Notes: generated by a model not told the origin, from the letters alone. A DNA stretch of 17,063 nucleotides from Candidatus Eiseniibacteriota bacterium (GCA_043810925.1 JBDRNT010000026.1:1-17063); one strand, 5' to 3'. Positions 5,426 through 16,156 are shown, numbered from the stretch's first letter. Numbers and translations: made by a program.

Positions 5426-7225
5426 GTGAGAGTATACGTTAGTCATCGGCTCGACACGCTGATCGTTTTGCTGGCGGTATCGCTCCTCCTGGGTGGCGCC
5501 GTCCCTTGTGGAGGGTCTGAGTCAGTACCTGACGGTACCGATGAAACATTGACAAGAGAGGCCAGGACATTTGTCGAGCTGTTTCTCGAGGGCGACATTG
5601 CGCAGCTTCATGGCAGGATGACCGCCAGGATGCAATCAGGCTTCCCACCTGATGTGGCCGCTCAGATCCGTCAGGACCTGTTCGCCAGGATGGGTAGCGT
5701 CACCAGCATAGGTGAAGCCTGGATGGAAGACGTCGTAGAAAACTACACGCGATTCCGGGTTCCGACTGAATTCGACAAGGACACCATCGACTTTCGGGTG
5801 GTCTTCGATGCCGAAGGTAAAGTCGCAGGCTTCTTCCATGTACCGCATGTGCCCGCCCCTGCGGAACGGGCGGCCGACGAGTCATTACAGAGCGAGCCGA
5901 GACCAGAGTTCGAAGGGCACTGGCAAGGCAGCATCGAGATTCCCGGAGCATCTCTGGGCGTACTGGTAGAGCTGCTTCACAAGGAAGGTTACTGGGTCGG
6001 GACAATCGACATACCCGCCCAGGGTGCCCAGGGGCTACCCCTGTCGGGCATCCGGATCACCGAGATGGAGGTCGAGTTCGTGATCGATGGCGTTCCCGGC
6101 GAACCTGCCTTCGTGGGGGCACTTGCGGACGGCAAGATAACGGGCACATTCACCCAGCGGGGACAGGGCTTCCCATTTCACCTTGGGAGGGAGATCGTCG
6201 ATGAGCCTCGACGGCCGCAGGAGCCGGATCAGCCGTACCCATACAGTGAAGAAGAGGTTGCCTTTGGCGGTGGGGAGGTCACACTGGCCGGGACATTGAC
6301 ACTGCCGGCTGGAGACGGACCCTACCCTGCAGTTCTTCTGATCTCCGGCAGCGGCCCACAAAACCGCGATGAAGAGATCTTCGGACATAAGCCGTTTCTC
6401 GTCCTGTCCGATCACCTTACTCGTGTGGGAATTGCAGTCCTGCGTGTGGACGACCGGGGTGTCGGTGAGTCAACGGGAGATTTCGTCCACGCAACATCGG
6501 AGGACTTCGCTGAAGACGCGCTGGCCGGAGTCGAGTTCCTGCTTGCGCGGCCTGAGATCGATCCGGAGAGAATCGGGCTGATCGGGCATAGCGAGGGCGG
6601 TGTGATCGCGCCTATGGTAGCCTCGCGCTCCAGGGCCGTATCCTTCCTCGTTTTGCTCGCAGGTCCAGGCGTCCCGGGTGATGAGATCCTGATACGCCAG
6701 ATGGAGCTCATATCCCGGGCAGCCGGCATGGAGGAGGAACAGGTGGCCCGGGTGATATCGGCTCAACGAACGCTGCTTGATCTGGTCAAGGGAGGAGCCG
6801 TTCAGGAGGAGGTGGAAGCCCAGATTCACAGACTCATCCAGGCCCAGACGGGGGCGGACTCCACGGCGGAGGAGATACAGCAGGAGGCTGCCGCCCAGGC
6901 ACGGAGGGTTACTAGCCCCTGGTTCCGTTTCTTCCTCCGACATGATCCTCTTCATCTGCTCGAAAGGACCCGGGTGCCGGTGCTGGCATTGTGCGGAGAA
7001 CTCGATCTTCAGGTCGATCCCAGGCAGAACTTGCCCGCAATCCGCGAAGCATTGATGAGAGGTGGCAACCCTGACTACACCGCTATGGAGCTGCCCGGGC
7101 TGAACCACCTGTTCCAGGAGGCCGGGACTGGGAGCCCGACCGAGTACTATTCAATCGAGGAGACCTTTAACCCGGCGGCGCTCGATGCGATTTCAGACTG
7201 GATTCTTGAGCGCTTCGCCAACTAG
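5426..7225 (+). CDS. Exported alpha/beta-fold serine hydrolase with N-terminal DUF3887-like domain
   Basis: GAGGGGG precedes GTG 5426 (track start 5405). Hydrophobic N-terminus; SGSGPQNRDE, DDRGVG, nucleophile GHSEG, GELDLQV (Asp), LNHLFQ (His). The N-domain ends VFDAEGKVAGFF, like DUF3887. Confidence 0.88.
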   Translation: MRVYVSHRLDTLIVLLAVSLLLGGAVPCGGSESVPDGTDETLTREARTFVELFLEGDIAQLHGRMTARMQSGFPPDVAAQIRQDLFARMGSVTSIGEAWMEDVVENYTRFRVPTEFDKDTIDFRVVFDAEGKVAGFFHVPHVPAPAERAADESLQSEPRPEFEGHWQGSIEIPGASLGVLVELLHKEGYWVGTIDIPAQGAQGLPLSGIRITEMEVEFVIDGVPGEPAFVGALADGKITGTFTQRGQGFPFHLGREIVDEPRRPQEPDQPYPYSEEEVAFGGGEVTLAGTLTLPAGDGPYPAVLLISGSGPQNRDEEIFGHKPFLVLSDHLTRVGIAVLRVDDRGVGESTGDFVHATSEDFAEDALAGVEFLLARPEIDPERIGLIGHSEGGVIAPMVASRSRAVSFLVLLAGPGVPGDEILIRQMELISRAAGMEEEQVARVISAQRTLLDLVKGGAVQEEVEAQIHRLIQAQTGADSTAEEIQQEAAAQARRVTSPWFRFFLRHDPLHLLERTRVPVLALCGELDLQVDPRQNLPAIREALMRGGNPDYTAMELPGLNHLFQEAGTGSPTEYYSIEETFNPAALDAISDWILERFAN

Positions 7226-7340
7226 CCAGATCCCTCCTTCCGGGACCGGGCGGCTCCTCGAAGTGCAGCTCAGAGCATAACCCCTGCGTGTCCAAATTGC
7301 GCTGACGGCAAACACTGGTCACGCTTTCTTAACCCGACCC

Positions 7341-10300
7341 TCACTCCACCCGCACCTTGAATTTGATCTCGAAGGTTGGGAAATTCCCTCCACTTGCCGC
7401 GTCAAATGTTCCTTTGGGATTAATCCGTATGTGCGTCACATTGGTGTCGCACCCTTCCGCGTCGGGTTCGGGAACATAGGTATAAGTGCCGCCCCCATCG
7501 TTGGAAAACGCCACATCGTCCGCCGGGCTGTCGAGGCTGATGAAGGTGTAGGTGAGCCCGCTCGGGATGGCGCCGTCGATGAATTGAACAGGGCCGGTAG
7601 CAGGTCCGGGGCCGTCGATGTCGCCCACGAAGAGGGCCGTGTTTGCCGGGATCTGGTCAGTTATAACGACGGTGTCGGCATCGGTGGCGCCGTAACCCTG
7701 GTTGGTAGCGGCCACGGTATAGATCATCACGGCGCCGGGAATCGCCTTGGGGTTGGTCTCGTCATTATAGGGATCTGAGAAGGTCTGGACCGACTTGAGC
7801 AAGATGATGTCCGGCAAGAGCTCGAACCAGTCGATGGTGTTGCCGCTGTCAATAGAATAGCTCGGGTTGATCGGTTTCCGCGAGGCATCGGAGCCGGAGG
7901 CATCGGAGTCCTTCACATCCACGTATGAGATATCCTTTATTGCCCCTGCGTTCACCGTGAAATTCCATCGAGTACCTTCACTCGAAGAACGGAGGTTCAG
8001 GAGGTTTCCGTCGGTGCCCTCAAGCGTGACTGTGCCCGCGATGCTCTGCGTGGAGCCGGCTTCAAAGGTGAGGGTGTCGGCAGCGGTGACCGTCTTGGTC
8101 AGATGGTTGAAGTCCGTCGTACCGGAGACTCCCTGACCGGTCCCATCCAGGATAACGGTTCCGGAGTTGTGGCTGAAGGTTCCGCCGGAGTGGGTAAAAT
8201 CCCCCGCCACGCTCATGGCCCCGCTGGTGGCCGTGAAGCTGCCGCCGCTCAGGGTGAGGGTGCCGTTGATATCGATCACCCCCGCGCCACCGGTAAAGGT
8301 GCCGAGATTTTTCATGTTCGGGGTAGTCACATCCCCGCCGGGAGCAAAGCTGTAGCCGATGGGAACAAATAGTTCGGTACCCGGCCCGGTGACGTTCAGA
8401 TTCGTTCCGCCGGACACCGAATAGAGAATATCGCTGTCCGCTGAGCCCCCCTTTGCACTCGCCATGTTTGCAGTGGAAAGCGTTCCACCGTTATCGTGAC
8501 GGGTGATGCAATGAGCAGCATAGATATCCATGTCGTTAATGACGGTGCCGTTAGAGACGGTGACGGTAGCTCCCCGGTAGGTGGCGTCACCGTCGATATA
8601 TGCCAGGAGATTGTCTCCTGCGGCGGTCGGGACGACCATGAACCAATAGCCATCCTGATCCGTGATATCCGTGTCTGCAAGCGACCCGTTGACCAGGAGC
8701 GCGACGGTCTTCCCGATACCGGCGGAGGTTGCGCCTTCATCAAGAAACACGGTTCCCCCGATCGTGAACGTGCCGACAGTGTCGATTGTCTCGCCCTCGC
8801 CGGTGTCGGCGTCATAGAGGGTCCGGTCGTAGTAGTCGAGGTATATTGTATCCTTGGGTTTTGCCAGGTCGCCTCTATCATAAGAGGTCAGCGACGTCAG
8901 GATGGAAGTGCCGCCCGTAAAGGAGCCCAGGTCGCTGTAGGGTAGTTGAACCTCGACGAAGGTGTCCGTATTCCACGGCCCGGTGCCTGTGCCGACACAG
9001 TAGTCCTCGGGAGTTGTGTAGATCTCGCTCGAGGTCTGATTGCCGCATCCGTATGGAAGAGTGTTGTCACAGGTGAACAGTTCCACCTCGGAGCCGTCGT
9101 TCTTTAAGAGTGTCGTCGTGAGGGCGAAGTTGATGTTGCCGTCGAGGTCCGTGTCGATGAGCACCGCGGCGCTGGACTTGTCCGGTGATATGTCATCGAA
9201 ACCGAAGAGGAGGTAGAAGGTGTCACTCAGGTTGCTCGCGACACCGAAGCGTGTAATGTCGTATTTCGGTGGGCTGGTCCAGTCATCCGGCCCCCCGTTG
9301 TCATCGATGACGAACTCGGTGCCGTCCCCGTCGGTCCAGTCGGAAAAGTCACAGTCGGCCCCGATGTCATTCCCTTCAATAACAGGCCTGGCTCCGGAGA
9401 ACTCGGACGTATTGTCATTCGGATCAGTCGCCGTGGTCGTGATGACCTGGCCCACCGGCACTGACGTCAGGAACGTGAAACTCTGATCCCCGCTACCGTC
9501 AGTTATGATGGTAGTCGATCCCAGGTATGTTTGCCCCTCACCGTAGCCCGAGGGATCTTCCGCAGGGCTGGCGAAGAATTCGATGCGGAAGGTGGTGGCG
9601 GCGGCGCTGTTGAGGCCGCCCTCGACGGTCGTCACCCCTTCCAAGGTGGTCGCCGAGGTCAGAACCGGAAAGTTCTGGAGGTTGTTGGGCCCAGTGTCGG
9701 CGTCGCCGGTGTCGTTTGCGGTGACGCCGTCATCATCCAGGTCGATGCCAAGTTCGGTGTTAGCACTGATTGAATTCCGGAGGATCTTATTCCCGGTGCC
9801 GGCCGTTGAGACCAGGGATACACCATCCCGAAGATTGTTTGCGATAAGGTTTCCGACCCCGCCTGCCGTTCCGCCGATGCTATTGTTCGCAGCTGAGAGA
9901 GATATAAACACTCCGTTATGACCATTGCCGAGTGCTCCGCTTCCGGTCATGTCTGTGCCAAGATAATTCCCTTCTATCACGTTGCTATCAGTCCCGGGAT
10001 CCTTAATCACCACACCATCCCAGCCGTTCCCGGAGATCACGTTCCGGTCTGCAGCGGTTGTCCCCCCAATCAGATTATTGCTGGAGCCATTCCGCATGAT
10101 TATGCCTGCCAGGCTGTTCCCCTGATCAATCAAACCGGTGACATCGGTGCCGATGTAGTTGCCGGCAACGGTGTTGCCTCCACCGATACTGATGTCAATG
10201 CCGTCCTTGCTGAAGCGGTTAATTACGAGCCCGCGGATGGTGGAAGCTCCCGCCTTTATTGTCAGGCCGTCAGCGCCGGCGCCGGCACTGGCGCCGTCCA

Positions 10301-11936
10301 GTTCGATCTCCGGGCCGTTGGAATTGGTATCTCCGTTATTGACCGTCTGGGTGGTGCCGTCAATGATCGTTCCGCCGGTCGCATCGCTAATGGCGGGTAG
10401 CGCTGCAACAGGCGCGATGGAGGCAACTGCGTTAAAACCGGGCAGAGGAGTGGGGACTCTGATGCGGAATTGACTGGAGTTCGCCGTGGTTCCGCCGGCC
10501 GTACCGATGGCGTTGGCGTTCTTAATGAACTGCCGGAGACTCCCCTGCTTGCTGCGCACATTATCGGCGTTGATGTCGTCATCAGTATTAACGATCAGGT
10601 TGTAGGCAAAGCCCAGATTGACATCGCTCACGTCGGCACCGCTCACCGTGACGCTGACATAGGTATCCCCCGGCCCGAGGTTGTCTCCGGTAGCGGTATC
10701 ATCCACCGTGGCGCTCTGGCCGCCATACAGGGCAGACCCGTTCCCCCAGGTCATCTCCGGCAGGGGATAAGGCCACGTCCCCGGTACACTGGCGTTCAGG
10801 CCGCCCCTGGGCAGGGTGCCGGCATCGCCTATAGTGGATGAACGCACGCGCACTTTATACGTCAGGTTGGGAAGACCGGTGAATGTGAAGATGCCATTCG
10901 CGGCAGTGTTCACCGAAGTGATGTATCCATTGCTATTATTGTAAAGTTCCACATCGACATTGGCCAGGCCGATGTCGCTGGTGCCACCGTCATAGTCGGA
11001 AGCCGTTCCGGCGAAGTTGGCGTCCTCAAAGATCCGGCCGGAGATGCTCGACCCTGCTGCACCGCTACCACCATCACTGGTTTTGATAATCGTCCCAGCA
11101 CCGCCAACCGCATACTCGTTCCACGGATCCAGAAAGGACACGCCGTTAAGGTCTTTTATCGTTCCAGGGGACTGCGGATTCCACGTAGAGCCGCCATCGG
11201 TTGTTTTCAAAATCGTGCCATTCCTTCCAACGGCATACCCCGTCGACGCATCCAAGAAGTACGTCCCTCTCAAGTCTTGGAACGTTCCGGAGAACCGCGG
11301 ATTCCAGGTAGACCCGCCATCGGTTGTCTTTACAATAGTGCCAATCCCTCCAACAGCGTACCCCGTCGACATATCCACGAAGTACGTCCCTCTCAATTCT
11401 TGGAATGTTCCGGAGAACTGCGGATTCCAGGTAGACCCGCCATTGATTGTTTTCAAAATGATGCCATTCCTTCCAACGGCATACCCGGTCGACGCATCCA
11501 AGAAGTAGACGCTGAGCAATTCTAGGAACGTTCCGGAAGTCTGCGGATTCCAGGTAGACCCGCCATCGGTTGTCTTTACAATGGTGCCAATCCCTCCAAC
11601 AGCATACCCCGTCGACATATCCACGAAGAATGTCCCACTCAAGTCTGGGAACGTTCCGGAGGTCTGCAGATTCCAGGTAGACCCGCCATCGGTTGTCTTT
11701 AGAATGGTCCCAGACTGGCCAACAGCATACCCCGTCGATATATCCACGAAGCACGTCCCTCTCAAGTCTACTAACGTGCCGGAGGTCTGCTGGGTCCAGC
11801 CGGCCCACGCCCTTGACACCGAGACAGCGCTTGCCAGGAAAAGTGACAAGAGAAGACAGACAACGACGGTCAACTGAGACTGAGCCCTCAGGATAGAACC
11901 GCTGCTTTGCTTTCCTGATTCATCCATTCGTGCCAC
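7341..11936 (-). CDS. Large secreted adhesin-like protein: BNR/Ycf48-type propeller, SdrD-B-like domain, parallel beta-helix, C-terminal DUF11-like domain
   Basis: Signal peptide ending AWA. Six TxDGGSTW Asp-box repeats; ISGRIFED...GLANVDVELY; GSLRQFIKNAN; GNYIGTD/NVISGN beta-helix; DADTGPNNLQNFP; C-terminal PKAIPGAVMIYTV...VITDQIP...FKVRVE. Confidence 0.88.
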   Translation of the reverse strand: MARMDESGKQSSGSILRAQSQLTVVVCLLLSLFLASAVSVSRAWAGWTQQTSGTLVDLRGTCFVDISTGYAVGQSGTILKTTDGGSTWNLQTSGTFPDLSGTFFVDMSTGYAVGGIGTIVKTTDGGSTWNPQTSGTFLELLSVYFLDASTGYAVGRNGIILKTINGGSTWNPQFSGTFQELRGTYFVDMSTGYAVGGIGTIVKTTDGGSTWNPRFSGTFQDLRGTYFLDASTGYAVGRNGTILKTTDGGSTWNPQSPGTIKDLNGVSFLDPWNEYAVGGAGTIIKTSDGGSGAAGSSISGRIFEDANFAGTASDYDGGTSDIGLANVDVELYNNSNGYITSVNTAANGIFTFTGLPNLTYKVRVRSSTIGDAGTLPRGGLNASVPGTWPYPLPEMTWGNGSALYGGQSATVDDTATGDNLGPGDTYVSVTVSGADVSDVNLGFAYNLIVNTDDDINADNVRSKQGSLRQFIKNANAIGTAGGTTANSSQFRIRVPTPLPGFNAVASIAPVAALPAISDATGGTIIDGTTQTVNNGDTNSNGPEIELDGASAGAGADGLTIKAGASTIRGLVINRFSKDGIDISIGGGNTVAGNYIGTDVTGLIDQGNSLAGIIMRNGSSNNLIGGTTAADRNVISGNGWDGVVIKDPGTDSNVIEGNYLGTDMTGSGALGNGHNGVFISLSAANNSIGGTAGGVGNLIANNLRDGVSLVSTAGTGNKILRNSISANTELGIDLDDDGVTANDTGDADTGPNNLQNFPVLTSATTLEGVTTVEGGLNSAAATTFRIEFFASPAEDPSGYGEGQTYLGSTTIITDGSGDQSFTFLTSVPVGQVITTTATDPNDNTSEFSGARPVIEGNDIGADCDFSDWTDGDGTEFVIDDNGGPDDWTSPPKYDITRFGVASNLSDTFYLLFGFDDISPDKSSAAVLIDTDLDGNINFALTTTLLKNDGSEVELFTCDNTLPYGCGNQTSSEIYTTPEDYCVGTGTGPWNTDTFVEVQLPYSDLGSFTGGTSILTSLTSYDRGDLAKPKDTIYLDYYDRTLYDADTGEGETIDTVGTFTIGGTVFLDEGATSAGIGKTVALLVNGSLADTDITDQDGYWFMVVPTAAGDNLLAYIDGDATYRGATVTVSNGTVINDMDIYAAHCITRHDNGGTLSTANMASAKGGSADSDILYSVSGGTNLNVTGPGTELFVPIGYSFAPGGDVTTPNMKNLGTFTGGAGVIDINGTLTLSGGSFTATSGAMSVAGDFTHSGGTFSHNSGTVILDGTGQGVSGTTDFNHLTKTVTAADTLTFEAGSTQSIAGTVTLEGTDGNLLNLRSSSEGTRWNFTVNAGAIKDISYVDVKDSDASGSDASRKPINPSYSIDSGNTIDWFELLPDIILLKSVQTFSDPYNDETNPKAIPGAVMIYTVAATNQGYGATDADTVVITDQIPANTALFVGDIDGPGPATGPVQFIDGAIPSGLTYTFISLDSPADDVAFSNDGGGTYTYVPEPDAEGCDTNVTHIRINPKGTFDAASGGNFPTFEIKFKVRVE
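11061..11798 (-). repeat. Six tandem 123-bp (41-aa) coding repeats
   Basis: ATTCCA(G/C)GTAGA recurs at 11178, 11301, 11424, 11547 and 11670, exactly 123 bp apart. Confidence 0.95.
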
Positions 11937-12364
11937 ACCAATCTCCCGTTAACCATCAGATCGGTCCACAGGAGGTTTCACGATTTCTCCTCCTTTGATC
12001 CGGGATACTTGGCCTTATTTGCGTCCATACTCGCGATCGTTTTACTCAACACGTCCTTAATATCTTCAAGCCTGCTGTCAGCATAGGCCGAATGGCGCGA
12101 CCTCCGGGTCATTACTACATTTAGGACAATGCCAGTCTATATATCCCATAATATGGTTCGCAACGCGAAGATGGTACCATACAAACCTATAAGACAACAC
12201 GCAATATCGGCACTTTATCCTGAAAAGGCAGCGGTTCCTTGAGTGCCAGTTGTCCAAAGATGGGGGCAAGCCAGGATCCTAATCGCCCACTCCATGCATA
12301 GGCAGAAAGGATGACGCATGTTCACCAGAGAGGAAGCGGGCGGTTGTTGCCGGCCCGGCAGGAT

Positions 12365-13216
12365 TCAGACGAAACTCTTGAGTAAGTCCTCGACAGGGGT
12401 GGGCCTGCCGCCGGTATCGGACTCGGCCTTACGGATGTCCGCCTGCAGACGCTCTTCAAGCGTGGGCTTGTCCACCTGGTAGAAGACTCCCGTATAAATA
12501 GGATCCGTGGAATATGCAAGCTCCAGCGCCCCCAGCTTGCCCCGCCTGTCATGGTCAGGTGCCAGGGGAGTGAACGTCGCCTGGTCCCATAGCGAACCCC
12601 GCAGTCTGAATGTCCTGCACATTGTCAGGATATACACGATCGACATGCCCCGGTGTCGGATGGCCCTTGTGATAATGTCCTGAAGCTCCGCGATGTCGGC
12701 GGTGTTAGCGCGCGCTACGAAAGAGACATCGTATGCAAGGAAGACGGGTACCGCCGACAGGGCATCCTCGTAGACACCATAGGGAGATGTCTTCGTTGTC
12801 TCTCCCGGCGGTGTCGTCGGCGACGCCTGTCCCTTGGTCAGACCATATACCCGGTTGTCGATCAAGAGGTAGGTGATATCGGCGTTCTTCCGGGCTGCGT
12901 GCGGGATATGGCCTCCGCCGATGCCCAGCCCGTCGCCGTCTCCTCCCACTGCGAGCACCGTAAGGTCCGGCCGCGCCGCTTTGACGCCCACCGATGTAGG
13001 AACCGCCCGCCCGTGGGTCCCGTGGAGGGAGTACGTATTCAAGTAATGTGAAAGGCGACCCGAACAGCCTATGCCGGACACAGTTACGATACTCTCGGGA
13101 GGTATATCCAGATCGGCAAGCGAGCGCTGTACGGCCGTCAGTACGGCGTAGTCGCCGCAGCCTGCGCACCATACCGGCTTTATGGCACTCTTATAGTCCT
13201 GTGACTGTCTCTTCAT
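12365..13216 (-). CDS. korB: 2-oxoacid:ferredoxin oxidoreductase subunit beta
   Basis: WCAGCG, SGIGCS, HGRA, TPP-binding GDGD...DN, YGLTKGQASPT. Substrate specificity cannot be determined. Confidence 0.93.
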   Translation of the reverse strand: MKRQSQDYKSAIKPVWCAGCGDYAVLTAVQRSLADLDIPPESIVTVSGIGCSGRLSHYLNTYSLHGTHGRAVPTSVGVKAARPDLTVLAVGGDGDGLGIGGGHIPHAARKNADITYLLIDNRVYGLTKGQASPTTPPGETTKTSPYGVYEDALSAVPVFLAYDVSFVARANTADIAELQDIITRAIRHRGMSIVYILTMCRTFRLRGSLWDQATFTPLAPDHDRRGKLGALELAYSTDPIYTGVFYQVDKPTLEERLQADIRKAESDTGGRPTPVEDLLKSFV

Positions 13217-15029
13217 CCAGAATCCCCGCCACCTTCTCGATTGATGTGAGAATCTCCTCCGGGGTTATCGGCTCGCCCTGGAACTTGTGCATCTCTATTG
13301 GCCTGACGCCGAACCGGCCTTTGACGAAGTGCGCGAACTGACCGGTGTAGTTCTCCTCCACAACGATCACCTGCTCGACCTCGGAGAGGAAGTGCTCGAT
13401 CTGACGGTCGGGAAGCGGCGATACCATCTTCGGATGAAGATGCCGGACCGGGATTCCCTTGGCCTCGGCAAGGTAGCGCGCCTCGCGGATAGCCCCCTCG
13501 GTCGACCCCCAGCCTATGATTCCGATTTGTGCATCCTCCGGCCCGTAATACTCCGGCGGGTTCTTCTCAAGCGCTCTCGACAGGGACTTGAGCTTCCTGA
13601 AACGCTTGCGAGTCATCATAACATGGTTGAGCGGACTGTAATCGGCCCTGCCCGTCTCGGTATGCTCAAGCCCCGTCGCCAGGTACTGGCCGCCCTGGGT
13701 CCCCGGTCTGGAAATCGGGGATACACCGTCGGCGGTGTCCCGGAACCGCTTGTATTCCCTCAGATCATCAGGCTTCGGCTCTACTCTGCCCGCTATCTGA
13801 ATTCGTTCGGGGCTCGGCACCACGATATCCTCGCACGGAACGGACTCATCGACGACCCGTATGCCTGCAAAATCGGGAATGCGAACCGTCGCCTTGCGGT
13901 AGCCGATGGACTGATCCGTGAGTATGATCACGGGCATTTGATACCGTTCGGCTATGTTGAAGGCGCGGAAGGTCTGGTAGAAGCAATCCTCCACGCCGCT
14001 CGGTGCGATTATGGCCCGCGGCGATTCTCCCGATGTGCCGTAGATGGCGAACTTTAGATCGGACTGCTCGGTCTTGGTGGGCAGGCCGGTGCTCGGACCG
14101 CCGCGCTGGACGTTCACAATCACCAGAGGTAACTCGAGCATGGATGCCAGGTTCAGCTGCTCTCCCATGAGCTGCAGCCCCGGCCCCGACGTCGGTGTCA
14201 TTGCCTTGGCACCCCCGAAGGACGCTCCGATGCATGCCGAGATGGATGCGATCTCGTCCTCCATCTGAATAGCCTTCCCGCCAACCTTGGGCATGAGCCG
14301 GGTCAGGGTCTCGAAGATCGGAGTTGCCGGCGTTATGGGATAACCCGCCACAAAGCGGCAGCCGGCTGCGATTGCCGCAAGCGCTATGGCCTCGTTTCCC
14401 GACAGCATCATGTAGCGAACCTTCCGATCGGAACCCGTCTGAAGCCGGAGCCTGCTCTTGGGGCCTGAAGCCTCAGCTGCCTCGTAGCCTGCTCTGAAGG
14501 CCTTCATGTTGGCCTCGACGACGGCTTCGCCCTTGGCGCCGAACCGGTCCTTAAGGAGTCTCTCAAGCACGTGGGGCTCCATGTCGAAGAGGCGGGCGAG
14601 TACTCCCAGGGCGACCACATTCTTGCCTTGTTTGCCGCCGACGGATTCAGCAAGGATCCTCTTGAGCGGTACAGCGAAGAAGTGAGCGCCGGGCACATCG
14701 CGGACCTGGACGGTGTCTGGATCGTAGATCACAGTGCCGCCGGCACGAAGATCCTGGACGGTTCTCTCGTAGGCCTCCTGATTGAAAACGACCAGATAAT
14801 CGACGGTGCCGCCCATGGAGTAGATGGTCCAGTCGCGGATCCGGATCTGGATCATCGAAAAACCACCTCGAACTTCGGCGGGATACGTAATATATGTGAA
14901 CACGTGATACTCGGTGCGGGCAGCCGCCTGGGCGAAGAGCTCGCCGCAGCTTATCACACCCTCACCACCCTCGCCGCCGATCCTCACGACAAAATCCACG
15001 TCGGACCTGAATATCTCGCTTGACTCCAC
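13191..15029 (-). CDS. korA: 2-oxoacid:acceptor oxidoreductase subunit alpha (gamma-alpha fusion)
   Basis: IGGEGGEG, AEVRGG, GNEAIA, GYPITP, QMEDEIA, TSGPG, QRGGPSTGLPT, GWGST, VEENYTGQF. Overlaps the beta gene by 26 nt. Confidence 0.93.
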   Translation of the reverse strand: MESSEIFRSDVDFVVRIGGEGGEGVISCGELFAQAAARTEYHVFTYITYPAEVRGGFSMIQIRIRDWTIYSMGGTVDYLVVFNQEAYERTVQDLRAGGTVIYDPDTVQVRDVPGAHFFAVPLKRILAESVGGKQGKNVVALGVLARLFDMEPHVLERLLKDRFGAKGEAVVEANMKAFRAGYEAAEASGPKSRLRLQTGSDRKVRYMMLSGNEAIALAAIAAGCRFVAGYPITPATPIFETLTRLMPKVGGKAIQMEDEIASISACIGASFGGAKAMTPTSGPGLQLMGEQLNLASMLELPLVIVNVQRGGPSTGLPTKTEQSDLKFAIYGTSGESPRAIIAPSGVEDCFYQTFRAFNIAERYQMPVIILTDQSIGYRKATVRIPDFAGIRVVDESVPCEDIVVPSPERIQIAGRVEPKPDDLREYKRFRDTADGVSPISRPGTQGGQYLATGLEHTETGRADYSPLNHVMMTRKRFRKLKSLSRALEKNPPEYYGPEDAQIGIIGWGSTEGAIREARYLAEAKGIPVRHLHPKMVSPLPDRQIEHFLSEVEQVIVVEENYTGQFAHFVKGRFGVRPIEMHKFQGEPITPEEILTSIEKVAGILDEETVTGL

Positions 15030-15088
15030 GGATCCCTACCTCGAGTGCCGCGTTCACACCAGGAGTAGCTAACAGATTGCAGGTGATT

Positions 15089-16090
15089 TCACAAGGAATG
15101 TCTTACGCCTTGCGAGCCCTGGCCGGGTCCGGTATTGCCCGTCACCAGCCGGCGATCGTGGACCTCTTCCAGAGGTGAGCCTGGCTTACTCATTCGCAGT
15201 GCTGCCAGGTACAGATAGCGGCGCAGCAGTGGCCGCCCACGCTTGGTTATCCGTGTCTTGCCCTTGAAAGTGCCGGAAGACTTAGTGTGCAGGTTAAGTC
15301 CTGCCAACTTGATCACAGCATCTGCGTTCCGGTACTGGGGCAGGTGACCTGTCTATCCCAGGATCGTCGCCACTGTCACCACACCCATCTGCGGTATGCT
15401 CAAGATATGCTCAGCATAAGGAATCCGTAGCAAGACTTGCTCTTGGGCTGCCTCAACCTCTCTAATACGACCTTCCACCACCTCCCCCGCCGAGGGATAT
15501 TTGGCCATCAGCCGGCGGATTGAAGCACAGCCCACATCATATAGGATGATATTCAACTCAGGAAACACCAGATCAACCAGGCCCTTGTAGCGGTTCATGA
15601 TTCTGGTTCGCTCCACTGATAACCGCTCCCTAAGCTTGCCCAGGCGTCTCAGATCAGCATACACCCCGCGCGGGATCATCACCTCTCTACCCCTGCCCTG
15701 GGCAGCAAGGTCCGAGATAATCCTCGAGTCCTTACTGTCATTCTTCTCTGGAGAATTGTCCTCGAGTTCCTTTGCTCTCTTGGTATGGGCAGGATTCATG
15801 CCGACCACTGAATAGCTACCTCGGGTAAGAAAGTGCATCGATGCATGCCCATAATGACCGGATGACTCTATGGCAAAGAGCATCGACCCTAAGCCCGAAC
15901 TCGCTCTCACGGATTCGGCTCTGGCCAGGAGCTTCTCGAACCCGCGGCGATCGTTGGAAAAGCTGAAGGCCTTTGTCTTGGTGCCGTCGGGCCGGCGAAT
16001 AGTGGCCACATGACGCCGTTTTGCCACATCAATCCCGACCACCAAAATCTCCGGCTTGATTACCTGTCCCAGGTCTGCTCTACTATACAT
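15089..16090 (-). mobile_element. IS110-family transposase pseudogene
   Basis: AAGGAGG before ATG 16090. DEDD motifs GIDVAK, IESSGHY, KNDSKD. The in-frame TAG at 15353-15355 reads through as ILG*TGHL...KLAGLNL..KSSG.FKG..RITKRGRPLLR. Apparent internal deletion after YPSAGEV and loss of the C-terminus after ~15140. Confidence 0.9.
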
Positions 16091-16156
16091 AGGTTGCCTC
16101 CTTGCTAATTGAGCCAAAGAATTGCACTTCTTAGACTCAACAGCTTGGGGCAACCT
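16091..16156 (-). promoter_or_regulatory. Long RBS-sequestering hairpin upstream of the IS110 transposase
   Basis: mRNA pairings AGGUUGCC/GGCAACCU, CC/GG, GCUG/UAGC, UUGAG/CUCAA, AAGAA/UUCUU. The 3' arm contains AAGGAGG and ends right before AUG. Confidence 0.75.

Noticed and set aside
11017-11877. Repetitive alternative ORFs (11146-11808, 11017-11508, 11581-11877) or a DGR template/variable pair
   Set aside because: They are shadows of the 123-bp coding repeats. Differences are not adenine-specific, and no reverse transcriptase is present.
12078-12269. 63-aa ORF with two CxxC motifs
   Set aside because: TTG start without an RBS and no recognisable family. It lies in the likely promoter region of the adhesin gene.
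15353-15355. In-frame TAG as pyrrolysine or recoding
   Set aside because: The position corresponds to a usual Glu (GAG), the gene has other lesions, and TAG is used as a normal stop elsewhere in the window.
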